Source: Chloroflexota bacterium
Lineage (GTDB): Bacteria; Chloroflexota; Anaerolineae; 4572-78
Direction: 5' to 3'
Length of the DNA: 38,622 nucleotides
NCBI GenBank assembly: GCA_011192195.1
Contig: DUEH01000004.1
Location: forward strand, 1-38,622
The first letter of the stretch is position 1. Each line of letters begins with the position of its first letter. This document shows, piece by piece, positions 18,165 through 26,471 of the stretch. The notes under the pieces are model-generated. The model was not told where the DNA came from and searched no databases. It saw only the letters and a program-made list of their open reading frames with translations. The position numbers and the translations under genes are program-made.

Positions 18165-19150
18165 TGACAGTACAGATGACGCATTGGGAAAGAGTACAGG
18201 CCGCATTGAAAGGGGAAGAAGTTGATCGCCCCCCCGTTAGCTTGTGGCGGCACTGGCCTGTTGAGGACGAAACCCCGCAGGGATTGGCTGCGGCCAGCCT
18301 GCGCTGGCAGCAAAGCTACGATTTTGATCTGGTCAAGCTCATGCCAACAGGCACCTACGGCATCGAAGATTGGGGAGCCGAAACCATTTATAAAGCAAAC
18401 CCGAACGGCACGCGCACCATCGTTAAATTTGGCGTGACCGAAGCGGAGCAATGGCCCCAACTAAAACAACTTAAAGTGACTGAAGATTATCTGGGCAAGC
18501 AGATCACCGCGCTGCGATTGGTGGCTGAAGAACTTCAGAACAGCGTACCTATTCTGCAAACGGTCTTCAGCCCGCTGACCACGGCCCGCAAATTGGCCGG
18601 CGATCGCGTATTCAGCGACCTGCGGCTTCACCCCGAACGCTTCAAAGCGGGTTTGCAGATCATCGCTGAAACGACAGCGCGTTTCGCTCTGGAATCGATT
18701 CGAGCCGGCGCGCACGGGCTATTCTTTGCCACGCAAAACGCCTCCTGTCGGCTGTTGAATGAAGCGGAATACCGTGACTTCGGCGAATTTTTCGACCTGA
18801 TCGTGTTGAACGCCGTCCAATCAGAGGCGCAATTCAGTATGGCTCACGTTCACGGCGAAGACATTATGTTTGACCTGATGGCCGGGTATCCGGTTCAGGC
18901 GATGAACTGGCACGATCAGATTACCTGGCCCTCTCTCAATCAGGCGCGTGAGCGCTTCTCCGGTCTACTGGTAGGAGGCGTCAACGAGTGGCATACTTTG
19001 TTAAATGGGCCGGTGGAGGCAATTCAGGCCGAAGTTAAAGAGGCTATTTCCCAAACCGGCGGACGCGGATTTATGGTGGGGCCGGGATGCGTTCTTCCCA
19101 TCAACATCCCGGACGAATATATTCGGGCAGCCAGAGAGGCTGTGGAATGA
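18164..19150 (+). CDS. Uroporphyrinogen decarboxylase (URO-D)-like protein
   Basis: MTHWERVQAALKGEEVDRPPVSLWRH, QTVFSPLT, HVHG, NWHD, GPGCVLP; TAATG coupling to the ABM gene. Confidence 0.8.
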   Translation: MTVQMTHWERVQAALKGEEVDRPPVSLWRHWPVEDETPQGLAAASLRWQQSYDFDLVKLMPTGTYGIEDWGAETIYKANPNGTRTIVKFGVTEAEQWPQLKQLKVTEDYLGKQITALRLVAEELQNSVPILQTVFSPLTTARKLAGDRVFSDLRLHPERFKAGLQIIAETTARFALESIRAGAHGLFFATQNASCRLLNEAEYRDFGEFFDLIVLNAVQSEAQFSMAHVHGEDIMFDLMAGYPVQAMNWHDQITWPSLNQARERFSGLLVGGVNEWHTLLNGPVEAIQAEVKEAISQTGGRGFMVGPGCVLPINIPDEYIRAAREAVE

Positions 19151-19155
19151 TAGCC

Positions 19156-19200
19156 GTAACCCTCCCTGGTTCCCATGCTCTGCGTGAGAACCAGGGAGGG
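19156..19200. repeat. REP-like palindrome (GTTCCCAYGC-type)
   Basis: ccctccctggttcccatgctctgcgtgagaaccagggaggg; related copy at 34548-34602. Confidence 0.65.
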
Positions 19201-19302
19201 GAATGTAGAAAGGAGGTGCAGCCGCGAGAATAAACGTAGTCAGGAGATTGGCCATTAGTTATTGGAGATTTTTGACCAACTAAGTATGAGGAGGAAAAAG
19301 AA

Positions 19303-21021
19303 ATGCGTACGAAGCTATTGTTTGTTGCAGTGTTGATTTTGGTATTCTCGATGCTCGTATCCTGCGGCGGCGCTCCCGCGGCCCCTGAAGTCATCGAAAA
19401 AACCGTTGTAGAAACCGTTATTGTCGAAAAAGAGGTCGAAAAAGTAGTTGAGAAGGAAGTCGAGGTCGAGAAGGTAGTCAAAGAGACCGTTGTTGTCGAA
19501 AAAGAAGTGGTTGTCGAAAAAGAAGTCATCGTCGAAGTTACGGCAGAGCCAGCCCAGGCGGAAAGCGAATCGACGGAACCCCAACTTGGCGGCACCCTGA
19601 ATATGTCGCTTGGGCCTGATTTTATTACTTTCCACCCCTATTTCGATGTGAGTACCGCCCAGTTCAAACCCATATTTTATGAAGCGCCCATCCGTATTGG
19701 CGATGATGGGGACTTTGAACCGTGGTTGGCCGAATCCTGGGAAGAAAGCGAAGATGGCTTATCCATTACCCTGAATTTGCGCCAGGGGATCATGTTCCAT
19801 AACGGTCGTGAAATGACCGCCGATGACGTGATTTGGTCCGTCGATCACGCCAGGAATACGGAATTTGGACATCACCTCAGCGACCGCTTCCTGCTTGCAA
19901 CCGGAGCAGAGAAGATTGACGATTACACGGTAAAGATCAATTACAGTGAAGTAGGCCCCAAGCTCGATGGTATTGCCACTATGCAGATCTTCCCTCAGGA
20001 AGCGCTCGATGATATCGAGACGGCGCCGGTTGGCACAGGCCCCTTCAAGTTTGAAGAGTGGGTGCCGGGTGATCGCTTGGTGGGCGTAAAATTTGAAGAC
20101 TATTGGCAAGAAGGGCTGCCCTACTTGGACAAAGTGGTGATCAAGCCCATTCCCGACGAGCAATCTCGGATGCTCAACCTGATGGCCGGTAGTATTGATG
20201 CCTTGAGAGGCGTTCCCCTGGCAGATAAAACCCTGCTTGAACAAGCGCCCGATATTACCGTTACCAGCAGCCCCGCCGGGTTCTTCTTCTACGCCTTCAT
20301 TATGAATATCAATGAACCCCCCTTTGATAATCCTCTGGTGCGGCAGGCGATGAATTATGCTATCGATCGGGAAAAAATCGCCCAAACAGCGTTTCATGGA
20401 GCAGAAGTTCCGGTGGTAGAACCCTATCCTGAAACATCGTGGGCCTACGTTTCAGAGTTTGCCGACTTCTACACCTATGATCCTGAGAAGGCTAAAGAAC
20501 TTCTGGCCGAGGCCGGTTATCCCGATGGTTTCAAAACATCAATGCTTATTCGCGGCCCCAGCGGCCCCTATCTGGATCAGGCTCAGGTATACCAACAAGA
20601 TTTGGCAGCGATTGGTATTGAAATGGAACTATTGCCAACTGAATTGGCTCAGTACTTTCCGGCGCTCATTGGCAGCGAGTTTGCTATAGCTTCTCACGGC
20701 ACCGGCGATGCTACCGTTGACCCCAGCGGCCTGTTTGAAGGCGCCGCCTGCTGCCGCCCCTTCCGCAACTTCTTTGGGATCACAGATAATGAAACCTGGT
20801 TCCCTGAATATAAAGAACTGATCGCAAAGGGCAGAGCTTCGCTGGACAGAGAAGAACGTAAAGCCTACTATCACGACGCGCTGGAAATTCAAATGGAGCA
20901 AGGCTGGAACATTCCCACCGCCTGGCGCCAAGAAATTTTTGCCTACAGCAACCGCGTCCACAACTTCCGCACTGATATGGGCGGTAATATCTGGCTGAAT
21001 GAAACCTGGCTGTCTCAGTAA
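19303..21021 (+). CDS. Family 5 ABC substrate-binding lipoprotein with V/E/K-rich N-terminal linker
   Basis: Lipobox LVSC, VEKEV repeats, LAESWE, LRQGIMFHNG, GTGPFKF, VRQAMNYAIDR, AKELLAEAGYPDGF. Confidence 0.93.
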   Translation: MRTKLLFVAVLILVFSMLVSCGGAPAAPEVIEKTVVETVIVEKEVEKVVEKEVEVEKVVKETVVVEKEVVVEKEVIVEVTAEPAQAESESTEPQLGGTLNMSLGPDFITFHPYFDVSTAQFKPIFYEAPIRIGDDGDFEPWLAESWEESEDGLSITLNLRQGIMFHNGREMTADDVIWSVDHARNTEFGHHLSDRFLLATGAEKIDDYTVKINYSEVGPKLDGIATMQIFPQEALDDIETAPVGTGPFKFEEWVPGDRLVGVKFEDYWQEGLPYLDKVVIKPIPDEQSRMLNLMAGSIDALRGVPLADKTLLEQAPDITVTSSPAGFFFYAFIMNINEPPFDNPLVRQAMNYAIDREKIAQTAFHGAEVPVVEPYPETSWAYVSEFADFYTYDPEKAKELLAEAGYPDGFKTSMLIRGPSGPYLDQAQVYQQDLAAIGIEMELLPTELAQYFPALIGSEFAIASHGTGDATVDPSGLFEGAACCRPFRNFFGITDNETWFPEYKELIAKGRASLDREERKAYYHDALEIQMEQGWNIPTAWRQEIFAYSNRVHNFRTDMGGNIWLNETWLSQ

Positions 21022-21051
21022 GGGTATACAGTTAGCAAACAAGGTCTACTG

Positions 21052-21087
21052 GGTTGCAGGAACGTTGCATGCAACGTTCCTGCAACC
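21052..21087. repeat. REP-like perfect palindrome
   Basis: GGTTGCAGGAACGTTGCATGCAACGTTCCTGCAACC. Confidence 0.7.
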
Positions 21088-21138
21088 TGACGATATAAAT
21101 TTGGTGGAACACTAGCTTTTCAGGAAAACGAAGCAAAA

Positions 21139-22083
21139 ATGGGTAAATACGCCATCAAACGATTGATACAAATAATTCCGGTACTGATTATTGTATCAAT
21201 CGCTGTTTTTTCAATCATTCATCTTATCCCCGGCGATCCGGCTGAGATCATGGCTGGATCAAATGCTACGGATGAGCAAGTGGCAGCCTTACGCCACCAA
21301 TATGGACTTGATAAACCCATCTGGTCTCAATATCTTATCTGGTTAGAAAACGTGGCAACCGGCAATCTGGGGTATTCATTGACCAATGGTTTCCCGGTGA
21401 ACAAGTTGCTCCTACAGCGTATCCCGGCCACGATTGAATTGGCTATTGCTGCGGCTATTATTGGAACTCTGATTGCCTTTCCGCTGGGAATTATTGCCGC
21501 GCTTAAACCCGGCAGCTTCATTGACTTTTTTAGCACCCTGTTTTCAGCCCTGTCCTTTGCCGTACCGTCATTCTGGCTGGCGATTTTGTTGATCTTGCTC
21601 TTCAGTTTGCAATTCAAGCTCCTTCCCCCCTCCGGTCGCCCCGATTTTAGCGAGGAGCCGATCGAACACCTCAAATCGCTGATTATGCCCGCCCTGACCT
21701 TGGGCATTGCAATGGCCGCTAAACTGACCCGCTATCTGCGCTCCTCGATGCTGGACGTGCTGCATCAGGATTACGTTCGCACGGCGCGCTCCAAAGGATT
21801 GAGCGAGCGCTCGGTAGTTGTTCGCCACGCCATACGCAACGCGCTGATCCCGGTGATTACAGTGTTCGGCTTGCAGATTGGCGACTTGCTAAGCGGGGCC
21901 ATCATTGTGGAGTCGATCTTCTCCTGGCCTGGCGTGGGGCGTCTCACAATACAGGCCATTAGCTGGCGAGATTATTCGATCTTGCAGGCCAGCGTGATGT
22001 TCATTGTGTTTGCTTTTCTGCTGGTCAACCTTTTGACCGATTTGACTTATGGCTTGATCAATCCCAGAATCAGGTACGAATGA
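21139..22083 (+). CDS. DppB/OppB-type ABC permease
   Basis: PGDPA, YGLDKP, DYVRTARSKGL, HAIRNALIP, VESIFSWPGVG, NPRIRY. Confidence 0.95.
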   Translation: MGKYAIKRLIQIIPVLIIVSIAVFSIIHLIPGDPAEIMAGSNATDEQVAALRHQYGLDKPIWSQYLIWLENVATGNLGYSLTNGFPVNKLLLQRIPATIELAIAAAIIGTLIAFPLGIIAALKPGSFIDFFSTLFSALSFAVPSFWLAILLILLFSLQFKLLPPSGRPDFSEEPIEHLKSLIMPALTLGIAMAAKLTRYLRSSMLDVLHQDYVRTARSKGLSERSVVVRHAIRNALIPVITVFGLQIGDLLSGAIIVESIFSWPGVGRLTIQAISWRDYSILQASVMFIVFAFLLVNLLTDLTYGLINPRIRYE

Positions 22084-22108
22084 TTCCGCAACTGAACAGG
22101 AAAATCCA

Positions 22109-23023
22109 TTGATTTCGGCAACTCTAAGCCTCAACAAACAAAAAAATACTGATCTGACCCGCCCCTCTGAAAAATACGAGAGCCTGACCCGGATGGCAAT
22201 TCAAGCGTTGCTTCGTCATCGCTCAGGAATGGCGGGCTTGATAATTATTATCAGTCTGGCTGTACTGGCCTTGTTGGCCCCGGTCATAGCTCCCTATGAC
22301 CCTTTGGAAATGCGCGCCCCGGACCGTTTTCAACCTCCTTCAAGCACCTATTTTTTTGGCACCGATGAATTTGGCCGCGATATATTTAGCCGAATTTTAT
22401 ATGGTACACGCATTGCCTTTAGCGTAGGAGTCATTTCTATTGGTATTGCTACTGTGGTTGGAGTGGCAACAGGATTGGTGGCCGGTTACGCCGGAGGGAC
22501 ATTCGATACGATCATTATGCGGCTTTTTGATACCTTGCTTGCTTTTCCCGTCATATTGTTGGCTATTGTAATTTTAGCAATGCTGGGTCCCGGCTCTCTG
22601 AATGCAATACTGGCTGTCGCCATCGTCAATATTCCGGCTTTTGCCCGGTTGACCCGGGCCAACGTACTGGTTGAAAAAAATAAAGAATATGTGGAAGCTA
22701 CCCGCTCCGTGGGCGCAAAGCCGCCCCGTATAGTTTTTCGCACTATTTTCCCCAACACAGTGTCTACTATTTTGGTGCAAATTACCGTTGCTCTGGCCTC
22801 GGCGGTTCTGCTGGAATCGGCCTTGAGCTTTTTAGGCTTAGGGACGCCGCTGCCTGCCCCTTCCTGGGGTTCGATGTTGAGCGTGGGGCGTGGCTATCTG
22901 GCGTTTGCCCCGTGGTACGGCATCTTCCCCGGCTTGGCCATTACGCTGATGGTGATGGGCTTCTACTTGCTGGGCGATGGCTTGCGCGACGCGCTGGACC
23001 CGCGCCGTCAAAAGTTAATCTGA
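22109..23023 (+). CDS. DppC/OppC-type ABC permease (start uncertain)
   Basis: GTDEFGRDIFSRILYG, EYVEA, ESALSFLGLG, PSWGSML, GDGLRDALDPR. Confidence 0.93.
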   Translation: MISATLSLNKQKNTDLTRPSEKYESLTRMAIQALLRHRSGMAGLIIIISLAVLALLAPVIAPYDPLEMRAPDRFQPPSSTYFFGTDEFGRDIFSRILYGTRIAFSVGVISIGIATVVGVATGLVAGYAGGTFDTIIMRLFDTLLAFPVILLAIVILAMLGPGSLNAILAVAIVNIPAFARLTRANVLVEKNKEYVEATRSVGAKPPRIVFRTIFPNTVSTILVQITVALASAVLLESALSFLGLGTPLPAPSWGSMLSVGRGYLAFAPWYGIFPGLAITLMVMGFYLLGDGLRDALDPRRQKLI

Positions 23024-23031
23024 TTTGACGC

Positions 23032-23059
23032 TTGACATCGCCAACCGATCTGCTAAAAT
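23032..23059 (+). promoter_or_regulatory. Sigma70-type promoter of vapBC
   Basis: TTGACA-16 nt-TAAAAT with extended -10 TG, then AGGAGG RBS. Confidence 0.6.
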
Positions 23060-23080
23060 TTCTCTTGTAGGAGGTGCATT

Positions 23081-23407
23081 ATGACAGAAGGCGTACAAGA
23101 TCTTCAAATTCTGCTAACGCCAGAGCAGAGTCAAGCGCTGACGACTATAGCTCAAGGTAAAGACCAAACCATTTTTGAATTAGTCGAACAAATCTTTCAA
23201 GAGGCTATTGACAGAAAGCAGCCAACCCAGAGTCAGGAACTCCAACAGCAGCTTGAAGCTCTGGAACGTGTCAAGCTGCATAAAGCCAAAATGCTAACCG
23301 AACGAGGCGGCAAACCACTCAGCATCAACTTACCCGCCGTACTTCAGGAAATACGCGAAGAACGAGATGAGTACAATGTCAACAGCCTCGTCACCCATCG
23401 TCATTGA
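23081..23407 (+). CDS. Putative antitoxin (RHH/CopG-like N-terminus)
   Basis: Small ORF overlapping a downstream PIN gene; LQILLTPEQ...IFELVEQIFQEAI; C-terminal LQEIREER. Confidence 0.65.
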   Translation: MTEGVQDLQILLTPEQSQALTTIAQGKDQTIFELVEQIFQEAIDRKQPTQSQELQQQLEALERVKLHKAKMLTERGGKPLSINLPAVLQEIREERDEYNVNSLVTHRH

Positions 23408-23825
23408 TTCAAATCTGGCTGTTTGGGCCGTTTTGCCTAACGTGGCCGTAGAGTCAACAGTTGATTTGTTGGCTAATTGGCACAGGCAACGGAGACGAAT
23501 TGTCGCCCCTGATCTGTGGTTAGCTGAAGCGACATCGGTCATTCGACGTTTGGTTTTTCACAAAGTAATTTCACCTGCTCAGGGTAAAGTTGCTATTGAC
23601 GATTTGTTTTCTTTGGGCGTAGAAACTATCTTGCTAGATCAACAACTTTACCAAAACGCCTTTGAGTGGGCAGAGAAATTGCAACAATCTAAAATTTATG
23701 ACAGCCTCTATGTGGCCTTGGCCGAGCATTTACAAGCCGAATTGTGGACAGCTGACAAACGATTAGTTAATGGCGCTAAACAAGCAGGAATAAGACGGGC
23801 GCATTGGGTAGGTGAGGGTAAGTGA
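23376..23825 (+). CDS. vapC: PIN-domain VapC toxin
   Basis: IVIDSN, APDLWLAE, IYDSLYVALAE, LWTADKRL; start 23367 or 23376. Confidence 0.88.
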   Translation: MSTASSPIVIDSNLAVWAVLPNVAVESTVDLLANWHRQRRRIVAPDLWLAEATSVIRRLVFHKVISPAQGKVAIDDLFSLGVETILLDQQLYQNAFEWAEKLQQSKIYDSLYVALAEHLQAELWTADKRLVNGAKQAGIRRAHWVGEGK

Positions 23826-24775
23826 AAATACCGACACAATCCTTCACCCAATTTTCTCAAAAAATCCAGGATAACATCGCCAAAGTCGTCATTGGCAAAG
23901 CAGATGTGACAGAGATGCTGCTGGTGGCGCTGCTGGTGGAAGGCCACGTCTTACTGGAAGACGTGCCTGGCATCGGTAAAACCACCCTGGCCCGGGCGAT
24001 GTCTCGCAGCCTTGACGCCTCTTTTGCCCGCATCCAATTCACGCCCGACCTCCTCCCCAGCGACGTGACCGGCCTGAACATCTATAATCAGAAAGATCAG
24101 AATTTTGAATTTCGGTCAGGCCCGGTGATGAACCAAATTGTGCTGGCCGACGAGATCAACCGCGCCACCCCGCGCACCCAATCCAGCCTGCTGGAAGCAA
24201 TGCAAGAGGGACAGGTAACGGTTGACGGCATCACCCACCCCCTGCCGCGCCCCTTTATGGTCATCGCCACCCAAAACCCCATCGAACTGGAAGGCACCTT
24301 TCCCCTGCCGGAAGCGCAGATTGACCGTTTTTTGATGCGGCTTCAATTGGGCTACCCCAACAAGTCGGAAGAGGAAAAAATCCTGCTTAACTACCAGCGT
24401 AATGACCCGCTGAGCGCCTTGCAAAGCGTCGTCGCTGCTGCCAAGGTGCTGACCTTGCAGCAGCAGGTCAAGGAAATCCACATCAACCCTGACGTGCGCA
24501 ACTACATTTTGGAAGTAGTCCGCGCCACCAGAGACCATCCGGCGGTGAGTCTGGGCGTGTCGCCTCGCGGAACGCTGGCATTGTTCAAAGCATCGCAAGC
24601 TCTGGCCGCCTTACGCGGGAGGGAGTACGTTACCCCCGGCGACGTGCAATATCTCTGCCCGCCTATCCTCACCCATCGCCTCAACGTCAGCCCCCAAATT
24701 CGCCTGCGTGGACGCACGCCGGAACAGGTGGTGGCAGAAATTACGAAATCAGTGCCGGTGCCGGTGGTGGAATAA
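23822..24775 (+). CDS. moxR: MoxR-family AAA+ ATPase
   Basis: HVLLEDVPGIGKTTLA, RIQFTPDLLPSDVTG, LADEINRATPRTQSSLLEAM, ATQNPIELEGTFPLPEAQIDRF. Confidence 0.95.
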   Translation: MKIPTQSFTQFSQKIQDNIAKVVIGKADVTEMLLVALLVEGHVLLEDVPGIGKTTLARAMSRSLDASFARIQFTPDLLPSDVTGLNIYNQKDQNFEFRSGPVMNQIVLADEINRATPRTQSSLLEAMQEGQVTVDGITHPLPRPFMVIATQNPIELEGTFPLPEAQIDRFLMRLQLGYPNKSEEEKILLNYQRNDPLSALQSVVAAAKVLTLQQQVKEIHINPDVRNYILEVVRATRDHPAVSLGVSPRGTLALFKASQALAALRGREYVTPGDVQYLCPPILTHRLNVSPQIRLRGRTPEQVVAEITKSVPVPVVE

Positions 24776-24820
24776 AGCAATTCAAAATGAAAAATGTAAA
24801 ATTTTGTATTAAGCGCTTAA

Positions 24821-24960
24821 GTAACTACTCAGGCTCAGGTACGACGCACTTAATAAATTGTTTTTTGGTGCAAATAACTACCCAATATCGTCAAAATTTG
24901 CACTTGCAGGGCGCTTCGTGAAGTGCGTTGCACCTATTTTCTCTATAGCTGAGTAGTTAC
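24821..24960. mobile_element. 140-bp MITE with perfect 12-bp TIRs and 8-bp target-site duplication
   Basis: TIRs GTAACTACTCAG / CTGAGTAGTTAC; GCGCTTAA at both 24813-24820 and 24961-24968. Confidence 0.85.
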
Positions 24961-25018
24961 GCGCTTAACGTTGAAATTCTTGAGGGTAAAAATTCTTTAC
25001 AGATGAGACAAGGTTTTA

Positions 25019-25090
25019 ACTCATGGACAGAAAACAATACTGACAATGATTTTTTGTTGTTTTTGTCAGTGTTTTCTTCCATCCGTGAGT
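25019..25090. repeat. Imperfect palindromic repeat
   Basis: actcatggacagaaaacaatactgacaa...ttgtcagtgttttcttccatccgtgagt. Confidence 0.55.
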
Positions 25091-25136
25091 CATCTTTATC
25101 GCTTGTCGGTTTGAAGCGAAGCTTCGTTAGACGGTT

Positions 25137-26471
25137 ATGAGCAATAGCCCGCAAGATTCCGCAGGTAACACTTCTTTCCCCCCTCACCCAAAACTCTTCG
25201 CCGAACTGCGCGGAGAGCGATACATTAATCTGGAAAAAGACACCCAATACAGCGATGCCTGGGTTACGCTGGCGCTTGTTGTGACCATTCTGGGGATTAT
25301 CTTCAGTAACCTTTTTTTGACCGCCGCCGCTCTGACCTTGCTGGTCATCGCCGCTATCAGCCGAAGCTGGAACGCTTTGAGTCTCTTTGGGCTGTACTAT
25401 CGCCGCCAATTTAGCGAAACCCGCGCTTTTATGGGGGAAACCATTGCCCTGACTCTGGAAGTGCGCAACCAGAAGTTTCTCCCCCTCACCTGGCTGCGCG
25501 TCAGCGATGTCTTTCCGGCGACGCTGCCGCTGCAAGAAAGCAAGGTGGACTTCAATCAGTTCAGCAATCTGGGCGAGTTTCGCAGCTTCTGGATATTGGG
25601 CGCGTTTCAGCGTATAACCCGCCATTTCACCATCGAATGTACTCACCGGGGCTACCACAGCTACGGCCCGGCCACCTTGCGCACCGGCGACGGCTTTGGC
25701 CTCTTTGGCAATCGGGCCATCCTGCCCGGTGAGCAGCGGATTATCGTTTATCCCCGCATCTACTCCGCTGCCGAACTGCGTATTCCGGCCAAAAATCCCT
25801 TTGGCGAGCGCAAAAGCGAGCGCCGCCTTTTTGAAGACCCGCTGCGCGCGCAGGGCATCCGCGAATGGCAGCCCGGCGACAGCCTCAAGCGCGTCCACTG
25901 GAAGGCCACTGCCCGTCACCGTCAACTATTGAGCCGCCTCTACGAGCCAAGCGAAGAGCCGCAGACCCTTATTTTTCTCAATGTAGCTACAATGCGTCGC
26001 CATTGGCAGGGCGTTTACCCGGAACTACTGGAACGGACCATCAGCGTGGCGGGCAGTCTGGCCGCGTTGTCGCTGGAGCAACGCACGCCTACCGGCTTGA
26101 TCGCCAACGGCGCTTTCCCCGGCAGCGACCAGCCATTGCGCCTGCTGCCGGGCCGCGGGGCAGACCAGTTGACGCGCATCCTGGAAATGTTGGCCGCCGT
26201 CAACAACTTCGCCAGCCGCCCCATCGAGGAGCATCTCTTGCGAGAAGCGCCTCGCTTGCCCTGGGGCGCAACCATCGTGGTAGTGACCGCCATCGCTCAT
26301 GATGAACTACTGCTGGCATTGGCAGACCTGCGCAAAGCCGGACGCGCGCTTGTTCTCTTCACTCTGGCCGAAGCGCCGCCCAAATCGCTGAATGAGCAAA
26401 TCGGTATTCCTGTTTATCATCTGCCGCATCTGGTGGATGATATAGTTGCGCCGAATGAGATGAAAATCTGA
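25137..26471 (+). CDS. DUF58 domain protein (MoxR partner)
   Basis: N-terminal TM segment, RGYHSYGP, IIVYPRI, IREWQPGDSLKRVHWKATAR, LERTISVAGSLA. Confidence 0.88.
   Translation: MSNSPQDSAGNTSFPPHPKLFAELRGERYINLEKDTQYSDAWVTLALVVTILGIIFSNLFLTAAALTLLVIAAISRSWNALSLFGLYYRRQFSETRAFMGETIALTLEVRNQKFLPLTWLRVSDVFPATLPLQESKVDFNQFSNLGEFRSFWILGAFQRITRHFTIECTHRGYHSYGPATLRTGDGFGLFGNRAILPGEQRIIVYPRIYSAAELRIPAKNPFGERKSERRLFEDPLRAQGIREWQPGDSLKRVHWKATARHRQLLSRLYEPSEEPQTLIFLNVATMRRHWQGVYPELLERTISVAGSLAALSLEQRTPTGLIANGAFPGSDQPLRLLPGRGADQLTRILEMLAAVNNFASRPIEEHLLREAPRLPWGATIVVVTAIAHDELLLALADLRKAGRALVLFTLAEAPPKSLNEQIGIPVYHLPHLVDDIVAPNEMKI

Noticed and set aside
18164-19150. Naming the gene hemE
   Set aside because: It lacks the W.MRQAGR motif and there are no heme biosynthesis neighbours.
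24839-24933. GACGCAC...GTGCGTT as another PhaR-like operator
   Set aside because: The half-sites are far apart and form the internal inverted repeat of the MITE.
24957-25925. Long antisense ORFs (322 aa here; also 4704-5444, 9840-10514, 19759-20397, 29500-30312, 30728-31483)
   Set aside because: They are shadows of well-supported genes on the opposite strand and show no recognisable motifs.
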